Notes under the pieces: model-generated
Database searches by the model: none
Told to the model about the DNA's origin: nothing
The model's input: only the letters and a program-made list of their open reading frames with translations
Origin: a virus
Taxonomy: Duplodnaviria; Heunggongvirae; Uroviricota; Caudoviricetes
DNA: 64,000 nt
IMG/VR virus record: IMGVR_UViG_3300024348_000012
Direction: 5' to 3' (one strand)
Part shown: positions 10,080 to 19,220 of the stretch, one piece after another
Position numbering within the stretch: position 1 is the stretch's first letter
How the letters are laid out: each line of letters starts with the position of its first letter
Made by a program: the position numbers and the translations under genes

Positions 10080-11247
10080 TAAATTAGAAAGAAATCAAGA
10101 TGAATTGGGTAATTTTACATATTCATTTAGAACAATAAAAGACCACAACGAAGGTTTGACTGAATTGTTGGATTCCTTTGTTGAAAAGGGATATAAATTT
10201 GAACAAGTACATAATTCAAGTATAGATACAAATACATCAATTGTTGTCAGCATTAATGTAATTGATATGGAAGATGTTAATCTTTGTAAAGAAATTAATA
10301 AAATACTAAACATAGATTGTAAAAATATCTTTATAGAATTAAGTTGTTATGACCACCAAGAAATTGATATTAGATTTTATAATTTTTGTAGAGAAAATAC
10401 AAATAAAGAATTGTGGTTTATAGATAAAAATATGTTGCAAGTTGCGGATGATTGTTTATTTTTTGAACACCATTGTTGGCATACAAATATGTATATGCCA
10501 AAATATAAAGATTCATTTATTCAATTGAATACTTGGTCTGAGAAATTTCAAAAACCACACAAAGGATTATTTTTAGCAGGACATATTAGATTTCATAAAA
10601 TAGAATTACTTAATTATTTATATGAAAATAATTTATTAGATGAAAATTTCATATGGAGTTCAACCGATGAGACATTTCAATCGGGTATGTTTAGAGAATT
10701 TATTCCAGAAAGAGATGATGCAGAATATAGAACTTTTAAAATATTAGAAAGAATACCTAATATGCAAGATTTTAATTTATTTGATGAATGGAAATATCAT
10801 AACTACCCAGCTCACATAAATTATATGAATTATTTTAATACATATTTTGAAATAATACCTGAAACTCATTTTTATGATAGAACAAACGTATCAGGTGGAA
10901 CAAGAAATACTAGAAAAAATTGGATAAGTATAAGTGAAAAAACCTGTAAAGCATTAAGAATGAATATACCATTTGTAATGTTATCAAAATCAAACACAGT
11001 TAAATTACTTACTGAACGATTTGGATTTGATGTTTCGTTGGACTTTTGGAATCACTCATATGATGAAATTGAAGATGATAAATTAAGAATGGAATCAATT
11101 AAATTAAAATTAAAATCAATATTAGAAATATCAAAAGAAGAGTTGCATGATTTTTATTACAAGTATTTTTACAATAAAAATAATAATCATATATTTATTG
11201 AAAATTTTTACAACAAACCTTTAGAAACAATTTTTAATAAATTTTAA
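10060..11247 (+). CDS. fucosyltransferase-like glycosyltransferase, paralog C
   Basis: YFNTYFEIIPETHFY...SISEKTCKALRMNIPFVML...NHSYDEIEDDKLRME; AGHIRFHK motif. Confidence 0.5.
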   Translation: MKKISFNKLERNQDELGNFTYSFRTIKDHNEGLTELLDSFVEKGYKFEQVHNSSIDTNTSIVVSINVIDMEDVNLCKEINKILNIDCKNIFIELSCYDHQEIDIRFYNFCRENTNKELWFIDKNMLQVADDCLFFEHHCWHTNMYMPKYKDSFIQLNTWSEKFQKPHKGLFLAGHIRFHKIELLNYLYENNLLDENFIWSSTDETFQSGMFREFIPERDDAEYRTFKILERIPNMQDFNLFDEWKYHNYPAHINYMNYFNTYFEIIPETHFYDRTNVSGGTRNTRKNWISISEKTCKALRMNIPFVMLSKSNTVKLLTERFGFDVSLDFWNHSYDEIEDDKLRMESIKLKLKSILEISKEELHDFYYKYFYNKNNNHIFIENFYNKPLETIFNKF

Positions 11248-11248
11248 A

Positions 11249-11431
11249 ATGAAACAACAAATATTAAAACTAGTAAATCAAATAAAAGAGGACTTAAAAG
11301 CAATAGATAAAGATGGAGTTTCGCATCCATTAATTGATAGTGTTTATGAGAGATTAGAATTGATTGAAGATGAAATTTACGAAGATGATGCACAAGCAGA
11401 TGCATTATCATTTGAGGATGAGGATTATTAA
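11249..11431 (+). CDS. hypothetical small acidic protein
   Basis: 60-aa ORF, ATG 2 nt after the previous stop. Confidence 0.35.
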   Translation: MKQQILKLVNQIKEDLKAIDKDGVSHPLIDSVYERLELIEDEIYEDDAQADALSFEDEDY

Positions 11432-11442
11432 AACAAAACAAA

Positions 11443-11784
11443 ATGAATAGGTTATTACAAGGTATCTTTTATGGTATCTTAGGACAGGTTTTTTCCTTTA
11501 TGCAATTGCAGGGAAGTATAAAGTATGGTTGGTATCAAAAATATCCTATATTAATATTATTAAGTTCAATACCAGCAGCATGGTTTTACATTAAATCAGT
11601 AGAACATTTGGTTGCATGGGGTGATGGTCAATTATGGCCGTCCCGTCTTATTGGATTTGGTATTGGTATGATTGTATTTGTACTTTTGAGTATGGTATTA
11701 TTCAAAGAACCATTGACACTAAAAACATTAACTTGTTTAATGTTAGCAGCAAGTATTTTATTAGTACAAATATTTTGGAAATGA
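11443..11784 (+). CDS. hypothetical membrane protein
   Basis: 113 aa with three or four predicted TM helices. Confidence 0.45.
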   Translation: MNRLLQGIFYGILGQVFSFMQLQGSIKYGWYQKYPILILLSSIPAAWFYIKSVEHLVAWGDGQLWPSRLIGFGIGMIVFVLLSMVLFKEPLTLKTLTCLMLAASILLVQIFWK

Positions 11785-12026
11785 TAAGAAAAATGGAGAC
11801 CGCTAAAGTTGGTGAGGACTTATACGAAATAATAAAGAAGTTACCAATACAAAGATTTGCACAAGAAGTAACGGGTGAATATGCAGAAGCATTAAAAAAG
11901 TATTATGGAGTTGAAAAGATATTAAAATTTCATCAAACACAAGAATACTTATTCGTAAATTTAATAGAAGAATTACAAATACAAACAAATGATAACAAAG
12001 AAACAAGCGAAAGCAACAAATCGTAA
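11781..12026 (+). CDS. hypothetical protein
   Basis: ATGA overlap start (MIRKMETAKVG...); the track's longer 11634 start overlaps the upstream gene. Confidence 0.4.
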   Translation: MIRKMETAKVGEDLYEIIKKLPIQRFAQEVTGEYAEALKKYYGVEKILKFHQTQEYLFVNLIEELQIQTNDNKETSESNKS

Positions 12027-12113
12027 AGCGATGGCTAACAAAACGAGAAGTGAACAATTAAAAAAGAAAAACTATCGTAGACATACATAAAATTCTTGCA
12101 TGCCATGTGAAGT

Positions 12114-12149
12114 GGGATGTCTCTTTATTGAGGTGTCCCATTTTTATTT
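12114..12149 (+). terminator. putative rho-independent terminator
   Basis: GGGATGTCTC-tttatt-GAGGTGTCCC hairpin (with G-U pairs) followed by ATTTTTATTT. Confidence 0.35.
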
Positions 12150-12178
12150 GGTAATGTCAAAAATTTATCGTATATTTA
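12147..12178 (+). promoter_or_regulatory. conserved phage promoter box (TTTG-N20-TATATTTA)
   Basis: tttggtaatgtcaaaaatttatcgtatattta; one of 7 near-identical boxes; fits the Bacteroidetes -33 TTTG / -7 TAnnTTTG architecture. Confidence 0.5.
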
Positions 12179-12195
12179 AGTATTAAAAAGAAATT

Positions 12196-12735
12196 ATGTT
12201 TGATAAGTTAGTAGATTTATTAGTTAGATTTAGTATGGATATATTGCCATTTGTTATTGTAGAACAATGGAATGGTGCAGTACAATTAAGATTTGGAAAG
12301 TTTATAAAAGTATTATATCCTGGTATTCATTTTAAGATACCATTTTTTGACTCTATTATTGAATGTCCTGTTATTACTCAGTCAGTCAATTTACCCTCAC
12401 AAACATTAACTACATTGGACGATGAAAGTATTGTATTAAAATCAATTATCAGATACAAAGTAAGTAATATACAAACGTACTTATTAAGTGTAATGCACGC
12501 AAATGATGTACTAATTGATACGACACAGGGTATAATTAGGGATGTGGTAGAAAGGACAACATGGAATAACTTAGTGGATGTAAACGAAACAATAACAAAC
12601 GAAGTGAAAGAATATGTAGTTAGATGGGGAATTGAAGTTGAAGCAGTAACAATAACAGATTTGGGGATTGTAAAAAGTTTCCGTATATTTGGAGATGAAG
12701 GACAAGGAACAAAAATATTACCAAACGATATATAA
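12196..12735 (+). CDS. SPFH/band-7 (stomatin/prohibitin-like) domain protein
   Basis: N-terminal hydrophobic anchor, then VEQWNGAVQLRFGKFIKVLYPGIHFKIPFFDSI...TLDDESIVLKSIIRYKV, typical of the SPFH core. Confidence 0.65.
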   Translation: MFDKLVDLLVRFSMDILPFVIVEQWNGAVQLRFGKFIKVLYPGIHFKIPFFDSIIECPVITQSVNLPSQTLTTLDDESIVLKSIIRYKVSNIQTYLLSVMHANDVLIDTTQGIIRDVVERTTWNNLVDVNETITNEVKEYVVRWGIEVEAVTITDLGIVKSFRIFGDEGQGTKILPNDI

Positions 12736-12932
12736 TGGATAAGAGATACGCAAAACAAATAATACAATGGGCAGAGGAAGCAAAAGAAACCTTAACCATT
12801 CGTAAAGAAATTATAATAGATGAAAATGTTACCGATGAAAAATTAGGTAATATTATTCGTATGATGTATAAAGCAAAAGTGGAAACACAAAACGAAACAA
12901 TTTTAAAAACAAAAGAAAACACAAGATTATGA
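12735..12932 (+). CDS. hypothetical small protein
   Basis: 65-aa ORF, ATG overlapping the previous stop. Confidence 0.35.
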   Translation: MDKRYAKQIIQWAEEAKETLTIRKEIIIDENVTDEKLGNIIRMMYKAKVETQNETILKTKENTRL

Positions 12933-13123
12933 AAAAATGGGAAATAGCAAACAATAGAACACAAATAAATAAAGATATAGTAAATGTATTACCCTTTATT
13001 AAAGTATGGTATAGTAAAAATTACTTTTTTGAAACAGGAGTATTCACACCAGCATTTGGAATAGCAATTAGCTGGTTAAAATGGAATTACTATTTGACAA
13101 TTCAACAAGGATATAAAAAATAA
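12929..13123 (+). CDS. hypothetical small protein
   Basis: 64-aa ORF, ATGA overlap. Confidence 0.35.
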   Translation: MKKWEIANNRTQINKDIVNVLPFIKVWYSKNYFFETGVFTPAFGIAISWLKWNYYLTIQQGYKK

Positions 13124-13126
13124 ATA

Positions 13127-13327
13127 ATGAAATCGGAAAAACTTATGGCACTTTACAAACGAAAAAAAGAATTGCAAGAGCAAATCATTTATTGGGAGAA
13201 ATTTCAGGGAGTGAATTGGCTAGGTAAATGGGGCAGAAGTGTTAGGTTAGAGGTATTAAAAGAAAAGTTTGCAAAAATAGAAAAACAAATAACAAAATCA
13301 AAAAACAAAAAAGACGAAAATAAATAA
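13127..13327 (+). CDS. hypothetical small basic protein
   Basis: 66-aa ORF. Confidence 0.35.
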   Translation: MKSEKLMALYKRKKELQEQIIYWEKFQGVNWLGKWGRSVRLEVLKEKFAKIEKQITKSKNKKDENK

Positions 13328-13330
13328 GTT

Positions 13331-14149
13331 ATGGAATTAATTATAACATTAATAGTATTGATTATAATATGGTGTATTGCATTTATGGTAGGTAATAAAC
13401 AAGGCACAAACCAATTAATCAATCAAATCAAAAAGGATGGTGGGTATTATGATATGGAATATACATCATCAGTATATCCAATTTTAGACCCAACAAGTTC
13501 ACTAAACGAAGTACCCAAAGAATTATTAATGGGTGGTGATATTGAAAGGACACTACATATTGCCGGAGTTAAACAAGCAACACCCGCGAAATTACAAGAG
13601 TGGCAAGATGAAAGATTTAAGAGAGCAAGTGTAGAAACTGAATTATCTATGGATAGTTTATTGGATAAGTTAAATAAAACGGACTTACAAATTAAAGCAG
13701 GTATAATAGAAAATACCGATAAAACGGGAGCTGATATTAAAATTCAAGTCAAAGTAATTGACCCGATTGAAGAATTGAAATTGAAAACGGATGCTGCAAG
13801 AAAACAACATGAAAGGGAAAGGCAGGAACGAATTAAAATTGACTTTGATGCATTAAATTTTAGTAGAATATCCAATGAAGCAAGAAAACAAATAACCGAA
13901 ATAGTAAAGCAGGATTTGGAAAACAAAATAAAAGAAATTGAAAAAAATACTCCTGAAATAAATGAAGATGCAAAATCGGAAGGGGATTTTATGTATAATT
14001 GGATAAGAGAAAAAAGTGGAAAAAAGAAACCAAATCCAAAACAAATGGATGGTGTTAAAAGTGATGTACCTTTTGTAAAAACTAGAAAGAGAAAACCCAA
14101 AACTACAAAAGAGTGGGAGGATGAATTTGATATTGGAGGAAATTCGTAA
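13331..14149 (+). CDS. hypothetical membrane-anchored, highly charged protein
   Basis: N-terminal TM (LIITLIVLIIIWCIAFMV), then a K/E-rich low-complexity region. Confidence 0.45.
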   Translation: MELIITLIVLIIIWCIAFMVGNKQGTNQLINQIKKDGGYYDMEYTSSVYPILDPTSSLNEVPKELLMGGDIERTLHIAGVKQATPAKLQEWQDERFKRASVETELSMDSLLDKLNKTDLQIKAGIIENTDKTGADIKIQVKVIDPIEELKLKTDAARKQHERERQERIKIDFDALNFSRISNEARKQITEIVKQDLENKIKEIEKNTPEINEDAKSEGDFMYNWIREKSGKKKPNPKQMDGVKSDVPFVKTRKRKPKTTKEWEDEFDIGGNS

Positions 14150-14152
14150 TAT

Positions 14153-14371
14153 ATGAAATGGATATTAATTTTATTACTACCATTTTCAATATCAGCACAA
14201 ACAAATGATACTACCTGTCAAATGGTTTATTATCAAAAGAGTTTAATAAAGAAAGGTAAGATTGAATTATATGGTTACACCTCATATGATTTGTGGTGGG
14301 CAGATGAAAGTGGAATGGGTATAAACATAACAATACCTAACAAAAGAAAAAAGAAAAAACATAAGCATTGA
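14153..14371 (+). CDS. hypothetical secreted small protein
   Basis: Signal-peptide-like MKWILILLLPFSISAQ. Confidence 0.4.
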   Translation: MKWILILLLPFSISAQTNDTTCQMVYYQKSLIKKGKIELYGYTSYDLWWADESGMGINITIPNKRKKKKHKH

Positions 14372-14799
14372 GTTGGATTTGTAGATATTGTAGCAAAGAT
14401 ACATCCGATATTGATTACGATTATTTGGATGGGTATGACCATTTATCATGTGCATTAAGTAATATAAAAATGAAAACAAAACTAAAAATAACTAATCCCG
14501 AAAAGATTAATAGTAAAAATATATGTTTAGATAAGTCAATTGTTGAAATAAATTATGTTGGACTTAACGCAGCAGTCAACACAGACAATGAAACATATAC
14601 TTTATATAAATTTGTAGGAATTATGAATAGTAATTGGTGTAATACGATATTTGAAATACATACCGACATAAAGGATAACAAAGTTCAGTTTAATATTTGG
14701 AAAAATGGCGGAGTGGAATTGAATAAGTTGCCTGTTAATGTAATACGAGATAGGAGTGAGTTAATAAACCGAATGATTGCAGAAATCAAAAAGTCTTAA
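14368..14799 (+). CDS. hypothetical protein
   Basis: 143-aa ORF, ATGA overlap. Confidence 0.45.
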   Translation: MSWICRYCSKDTSDIDYDYLDGYDHLSCALSNIKMKTKLKITNPEKINSKNICLDKSIVEINYVGLNAAVNTDNETYTLYKFVGIMNSNWCNTIFEIHTDIKDNKVQFNIWKNGGVELNKLPVNVIRDRSELINRMIAEIKKS

Positions 14800-14800
14800 T

Positions 14801-15376
14801 ATGAAAATTAAAGGTTGGGAAAAAATAAGTGGATATACATACAAAGGATATACAATTGTCAATCCAATACACAATGCCGGTCAAACAAGTTATAATGCAA
14901 CAATATTAAACTTAAACTTGCCACAAAAACCAAAGTGGGAATTATCAGTATTGACACCACAACATAAATTTATAGTAGGTGAAAATACTGCGGATGGTAT
15001 ATTTTATATAGTAATGTGGGATGACAATAAAAATCATATAAGTAGACATGTATCAAAACAAAGAATGAAGTCTATTTCAATTTTCAGAAATGAATATGAG
15101 GAAATGATTGATGAAATGTTAAGTAGACAAATAACATCGGCACCCCGTAGTCATTCGTTAAATACTGCATATAGTAAACCAATTAATAATAATTTATACG
15201 GAACGGCAACAATTGTAGGTAATACGGGTGGTGGAATAATGAGCACAATAAATAGTAATGGAAATACTACTACATGGAACCCGAATACAAACTTACCAAG
15301 TTCAATGTTGATGTCAATAAAAGATTTACAAGAACAAATTGATAACTTAAAAAATAAATATGTTAACAATAAATAA
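14801..15376 (+). CDS. hypothetical protein (IKG/ISGY small-protein family)
   Basis: Start MKIKGWEKISGYTYKGY shares the IKG...ISGY..GY motif with ORFs 20769 and 20036. Confidence 0.45.
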   Translation: MKIKGWEKISGYTYKGYTIVNPIHNAGQTSYNATILNLNLPQKPKWELSVLTPQHKFIVGENTADGIFYIVMWDDNKNHISRHVSKQRMKSISIFRNEYEEMIDEMLSRQITSAPRSHSLNTAYSKPINNNLYGTATIVGNTGGGIMSTINSNGNTTTWNPNTNLPSSMLMSIKDLQEQIDNLKNKYVNNK

Positions 15377-15626
15377 TTTAGACAAAATAGTTAGGTACCC
15401 GATAGGATATACTTTTCGTGTTAAGTCAATGGTGTGCGGACATACAACTTATCACATCAGTTTAATAGATGGCAAAGGTGGATGCAGAGACTTAAAACTC
15501 AATCGTATCAAAAATAAACGAGGTAAATATACAATATCACATGGTAACTATTCTTTGTATTTGAAATTTTCAGACATACACAATTTAGATTTCTTTTGTA
15601 AACAAATAACAAGATTAATATGCTAA
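15360..15626 (+). CDS. hypothetical protein, MLTIKN-family member
   Basis: N-terminus MLTINNLDKI; same start as 15620, 17132 and 20036. Confidence 0.45.
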   Translation: MLTINNLDKIVRYPIGYTFRVKSMVCGHTTYHISLIDGKGGCRDLKLNRIKNKRGKYTISHGNYSLYLKFSDIHNLDFFCKQITRLIC

Positions 15627-15889
15627 CAATTAAAAATGTCCAACAAATAATCGGACAAGAATATAACGAAGTGTTTAATATTATTGGGGTTAAAGAATAT
15701 AAACAATGTTATGAATTTACATTGGGATATGATGCTACTATAAAACCGGCAGTAGAAACTATATTACTACATAGAAAACAAACCGACAACGGAATGTATA
15801 TAATGGAATACAATAGTAAAACCCTTTGGTTATCAAAAAGTGAATTTGACACAATTGATAAGATTATAATTTGTATGCAAACAATTTAA
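15620..15889 (+). CDS. hypothetical protein, MLTIKN-family member
   Basis: N-terminus MLTIKNVQQI; its 3' 138 bp is duplicated at 16990-17127. Confidence 0.45.
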   Translation: MLTIKNVQQIIGQEYNEVFNIIGVKEYKQCYEFTLGYDATIKPAVETILLHRKQTDNGMYIMEYNSKTLWLSKSEFDTIDKIIICMQTI

Positions 15890-15890
15890 T

Positions 15891-16982
15891 ATGAAATGTA
15901 AGTTTTTAAGACAGAGTGGATATGATATTAAAGTTAATGAAGGCAATTTACAAACATTCCCAAAATGGGCCGGTGCTACTATTGAAAATAATGATGAAAA
16001 TGTTTTGATATTTTTTAACAATTTAATGGAGTTATCTAATTCTAATTTATTAAAAGAATTAAAAATTAAATTTGACAAAGGGGGTTTAAAAAGGTTAATT
16101 TTATTTTCAGAAGATATGGATTTTATTCAAAATCAATCTACAATAGATACAATTGTTAAAAATTTAAATGATATTTTTCAAAATCATATTGATAAAATTA
16201 AAATAACATTATTGAGTAAAAGTTGGAATTTAAATTGGGGTAATATATTCACATCAAATAATCTGGGATGTTTGTCTATGGTTATTGATAGAAATATTCA
16301 ACTGGGTAAAAATTATAATTTATTAAATTTAAATAGGGAAAAACATTTTATTACAACACAAAATGCACCTCGTGCGAGTAGAATGTATCTTTATGATTTT
16401 TTAATTAAAAATAATCTTTTAGATAAATTTGAATATTCATTTTTTGTTACTCAAAATAAAGAGTATTTAATGTGGCAAGATGTTATTGGGGGAACTGATA
16501 ATTTACAACCATTAACAGGTAAGTACCTCAAAAAGAATTTTGATAACGAAAATATTGTAAATCCATTAGAAGATTTACAATTAGTAAATTTTACAAAAGA
16601 ATTAAATACATATTTTTCAGTATTAATGGAAACTTCATATTGTACTAGTGAAAATTATTATGGAATATCCGAAAAATCGTTCAAAGGTTTTTCCATAAAA
16701 AAACCATTTTTATTATTTGCATCCGCAGGAGCATATAAAGGTTTAACTGAACTGGGATTCAAAATGTATGATAATATTTTTGACCTATCTTATATGCATA
16801 AAACATCTCATTATGAACGTTTAGAAGGATTTACAAATGAAATAAAACGAATATGTGAATTACCAATTAATGAAATTCAAAAATTATATATTGATAATTT
16901 GGAAACAATAGAATATAATTACAATAATTTAACAAATCTTATTGAAAAAGAAAAAAGTGATTTCTTAAAATTGTTTTGGTAA
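15891..16982 (+). CDS. fucosyltransferase-like glycosyltransferase, paralog D
   Basis: LNTYFSVLMETSY...GISEKSFKGFSIKKPFLLF...GFKMYDNIFDLSY aligns with paralogs A-C; flanked by 138-bp direct repeats. Confidence 0.5.
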   Translation: MKCKFLRQSGYDIKVNEGNLQTFPKWAGATIENNDENVLIFFNNLMELSNSNLLKELKIKFDKGGLKRLILFSEDMDFIQNQSTIDTIVKNLNDIFQNHIDKIKITLLSKSWNLNWGNIFTSNNLGCLSMVIDRNIQLGKNYNLLNLNREKHFITTQNAPRASRMYLYDFLIKNNLLDKFEYSFFVTQNKEYLMWQDVIGGTDNLQPLTGKYLKKNFDNENIVNPLEDLQLVNFTKELNTYFSVLMETSYCTSENYYGISEKSFKGFSIKKPFLLFASAGAYKGLTELGFKMYDNIFDLSYMHKTSHYERLEGFTNEIKRICELPINEIQKLYIDNLETIEYNYNNLTNLIEKEKSDFLKLFW

Positions 16983-16989
16983 ACCGAAT

Positions 16990-17127
16990 GTAGAAACAAT
17001 ATTACTACATAGAAAACAAACCTCAAACGGAATGTATATAATGGAATATAACAATAAAACACTTTGGTTAAATACGAATGAGTTTGACACAATGGATAAG
17101 ATTATAATATGTATGCAAACAATATAA
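16990..17127 (+). pseudogene. 3' fragment of an MLTIKN-family gene (duplicate of 15752-15889)
   Basis: About 88% nt identity to the 3' end of ORF 15620-15889. It encodes VETILLHRKQTSNGMYIMEYNNKTLWLNTNEFDTMDKIIICMQTI with no N-terminal part. Confidence 0.5.
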
Positions 17128-17131
17128 GGAT

Positions 17132-17443
17132 ATGTTAACAATAAAAAACTTAAATAAACTAAACAATATAGAATTGGGTAAGAAAAACTTTTATGTAGCA
17201 AGAATTGAGGAACAATTTAGTATTGATAATATAAGTTTAACTGCAAGTCAACATCAATACAAATTTGAATTATCTAATATGAAATACGCAATAACAGTTA
17301 CATTGGATAGGGGGCCCAAACAATTTGTAGTTTCACATTATAAATTAACTAGTAGTACGGGAAAAGTATTGTATATAACAGGAAAAGAAATTAGCAACAT
17401 GGACATATTCATTGATAAGTTAAGATTTGTCGCATTAGGATAG
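17132..17443 (+). CDS. hypothetical protein, MLTIKN-family member
   Basis: N-terminus MLTIKNLNKL. Confidence 0.45.
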   Translation: MLTIKNLNKLNNIELGKKNFYVARIEEQFSIDNISLTASQHQYKFELSNMKYAITVTLDRGPKQFVVSHYKLTSSTGKVLYITGKEISNMDIFIDKLRFVALG

Positions 17444-17444
17444 A

Positions 17445-17476
17445 TTTGGCAAAGTGAAAAATTTGTCGTATATTTA
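17445..17476 (+). promoter_or_regulatory. conserved phage promoter box
   Basis: tttggcaaagtgaaaaatttgtcgtatattta; ends 5 nt before the UvdE ATG, so the transcript is likely leaderless or nearly so. Confidence 0.5.
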
Positions 17477-17480
17477 CTAT

Positions 17481-18368
17481 ATGAGTATAGGATATGCATG
17501 TATTAACCTTTCATTAGGTAAAAAGATTACAACGAATAGAACAATGGTTAAACGAACTTTCATAGCAAAGGGTATTGACTATGTATCGGATTTGGTATTG
17601 CAGAATGTTGCAGACCTCGAACGAATTATAGACTGGAACGAACAAAACGGAATTAAAATGTATCGTATGAGTAGTGAGATGTTTCCGTGGGCAACCGAAT
17701 ACGAATTTACTGAATTAAAAGATTGGAACGAAATACAAAAGATACTACAAAGATGTGGTGCAAAGGCAACAATGTATAAACAAAGATTATCATTTCACCC
17801 AGGACCTTTCAATGTATTAGTTTCACCAAAAGAAAATGTGGTATTGAATACGATTAAAGATTTGGAAGTGCATGGTAAAATAATGGACGCAATGGAATTA
17901 TCTAAAACACCTTACAATAAAATAAACATACATTGCAACGGAGTATATGGTGACAAGATTGCAGCAATGGATAGATTTATAACTAACTTTGACAAACTAT
18001 CTAATTCAGTAAAAAGTAGACTAACAATTGAGAACGATGACAAGGCTAGTATGTATTCAGTTAAAGACTTAATGTATATTCATAATAAGATTAACATACC
18101 TATTGTATTTGATTATCACCACCATACTTTTAACACAGGTGATTTGAGTGAACGAGATGCATTGAAGTTGGCAGTATCAACCTGGCCGAAAGGCATAACA
18201 CCGGCAGTTCATTATTCCGAAAGTAAAGCACTACATGAAAACAATACAAAAATTAAAGCCCAAGCACATTCCGATTATATTACAACCCTCCCCGATACAT
18301 ACGACATGGGTGTGGACATTATGGTTGAAGCAAAACAAAAAGATTTAGCAATATTAAAATTTATATAA
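17481..18368 (+). CDS. uvdE: UV-damage endonuclease (UvdE/UVDE family)
   Basis: N-terminal MSIGYACINLSL matches the UvdE start motif, then TIM-barrel-like length with His/Asp/Glu-rich motifs (HCNGVYGDK, DYHHHTFN). The track's 17454 GTG start lies inside the promoter box. Confidence 0.6.
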   Translation: MSIGYACINLSLGKKITTNRTMVKRTFIAKGIDYVSDLVLQNVADLERIIDWNEQNGIKMYRMSSEMFPWATEYEFTELKDWNEIQKILQRCGAKATMYKQRLSFHPGPFNVLVSPKENVVLNTIKDLEVHGKIMDAMELSKTPYNKINIHCNGVYGDKIAAMDRFITNFDKLSNSVKSRLTIENDDKASMYSVKDLMYIHNKINIPIVFDYHHHTFNTGDLSERDALKLAVSTWPKGITPAVHYSESKALHENNTKIKAQAHSDYITTLPDTYDMGVDIMVEAKQKDLAILKFI

Positions 18369-18374
18369 AACGAT

Positions 18375-18629
18375 ATGGGATTATTTACTGAAAGAGAAAC
18401 GGATAATAAAATTGAAAATTGGATAGCACGAAAGGGAAATGTAATTGCAGCGGTATTTGTAATTTTTAGTTACACAATAGTAGTATTCTTTTTAGGAATG
18501 GTATTTGAATGGGAACATTATGGTAGAGTTCAACAATATGAAATACAAACAAAAATAGTTGAATATCGTTTAGGTAATATAACATTGGGTAGAGATACAA
18601 TGAATGTAGTAACGGAAAAATATAAATAA
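18375..18629 (+). CDS. hypothetical membrane protein
   Basis: 84 aa with one TM (VIAAVFVIFSYTIVVFFLGMVF). Confidence 0.4.
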   Translation: MGLFTERETDNKIENWIARKGNVIAAVFVIFSYTIVVFFLGMVFEWEHYGRVQQYEIQTKIVEYRLGNITLGRDTMNVVTEKYK

Positions 18630-18630
18630 T

Positions 18631-18843
18631 ATGAAAACAGCATTAGAAACACTATATGATAACTATGGTAACGGAATGGACGAACTATGGAGAAAATCAG
18701 ATGTAGGTGATTTAGATGATTGGCTTTATGATAATTGGTTAGTGGAAGACTCTACCGGAAAATTTAGAATATTAAAAATAGAAGAGTTTGATTATTTACT
18801 TAAAAATGATAATAACTTCGCAAATAAATGGAATAACATATGA
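18631..18843 (+). CDS. hypothetical small protein
   Basis: 70-aa ORF. Confidence 0.35.
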   Translation: MKTALETLYDNYGNGMDELWRKSDVGDLDDWLYDNWLVEDSTGKFRILKIEEFDYLLKNDNNFANKWNNI

Positions 18844-19082
18844 TAACAATAATAACAATATACATAATAGGATTTTTCTTAACACTAACATTTTTCAAAT
18901 ACTTTGGAGTGAAAATTGGATTTGATTATGACAATCGTAAAATGGAATGGGATGACTGGGAAAGCAATGAACAAGCATTTACTGCATTCTCTATATTTTG
19001 GCCGGTGATAATACCTATGATTTTAATAATTGGTATTTTCAAAATGATATTCAAATTTGGAAAATGGTATCTTAAAAAGTAA
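18840..19082 (+). CDS. hypothetical membrane protein
   Basis: 80 aa, two TM segments, ATGA overlap. Confidence 0.4.
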   Translation: MITIITIYIIGFFLTLTFFKYFGVKIGFDYDNRKMEWDDWESNEQAFTAFSIFWPVIIPMILIIGIFKMIFKFGKWYLKK

Positions 19083-19220
19083 AATTGACTATGAAAATAA
19101 TATACATGCAAAGGACAATTGAAATGATTGTTAAAAATGAAATTGAATTGTCAGCAGATAGTTTACTCAATACAAAACCGACAAGAGTTGAAACACATAA
19201 AGAACAAAACTATTTAGTAT

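Noticed and set aside
12029-12088. 19-aa basic micro-ORF (MANKTRSEQLKKKNYRRHT) between ORF 11781 and the terminator at 12114
   Set aside because: Too short and without supporting signals. It could be the C-terminal read-through region of the upstream gene, or noncoding.
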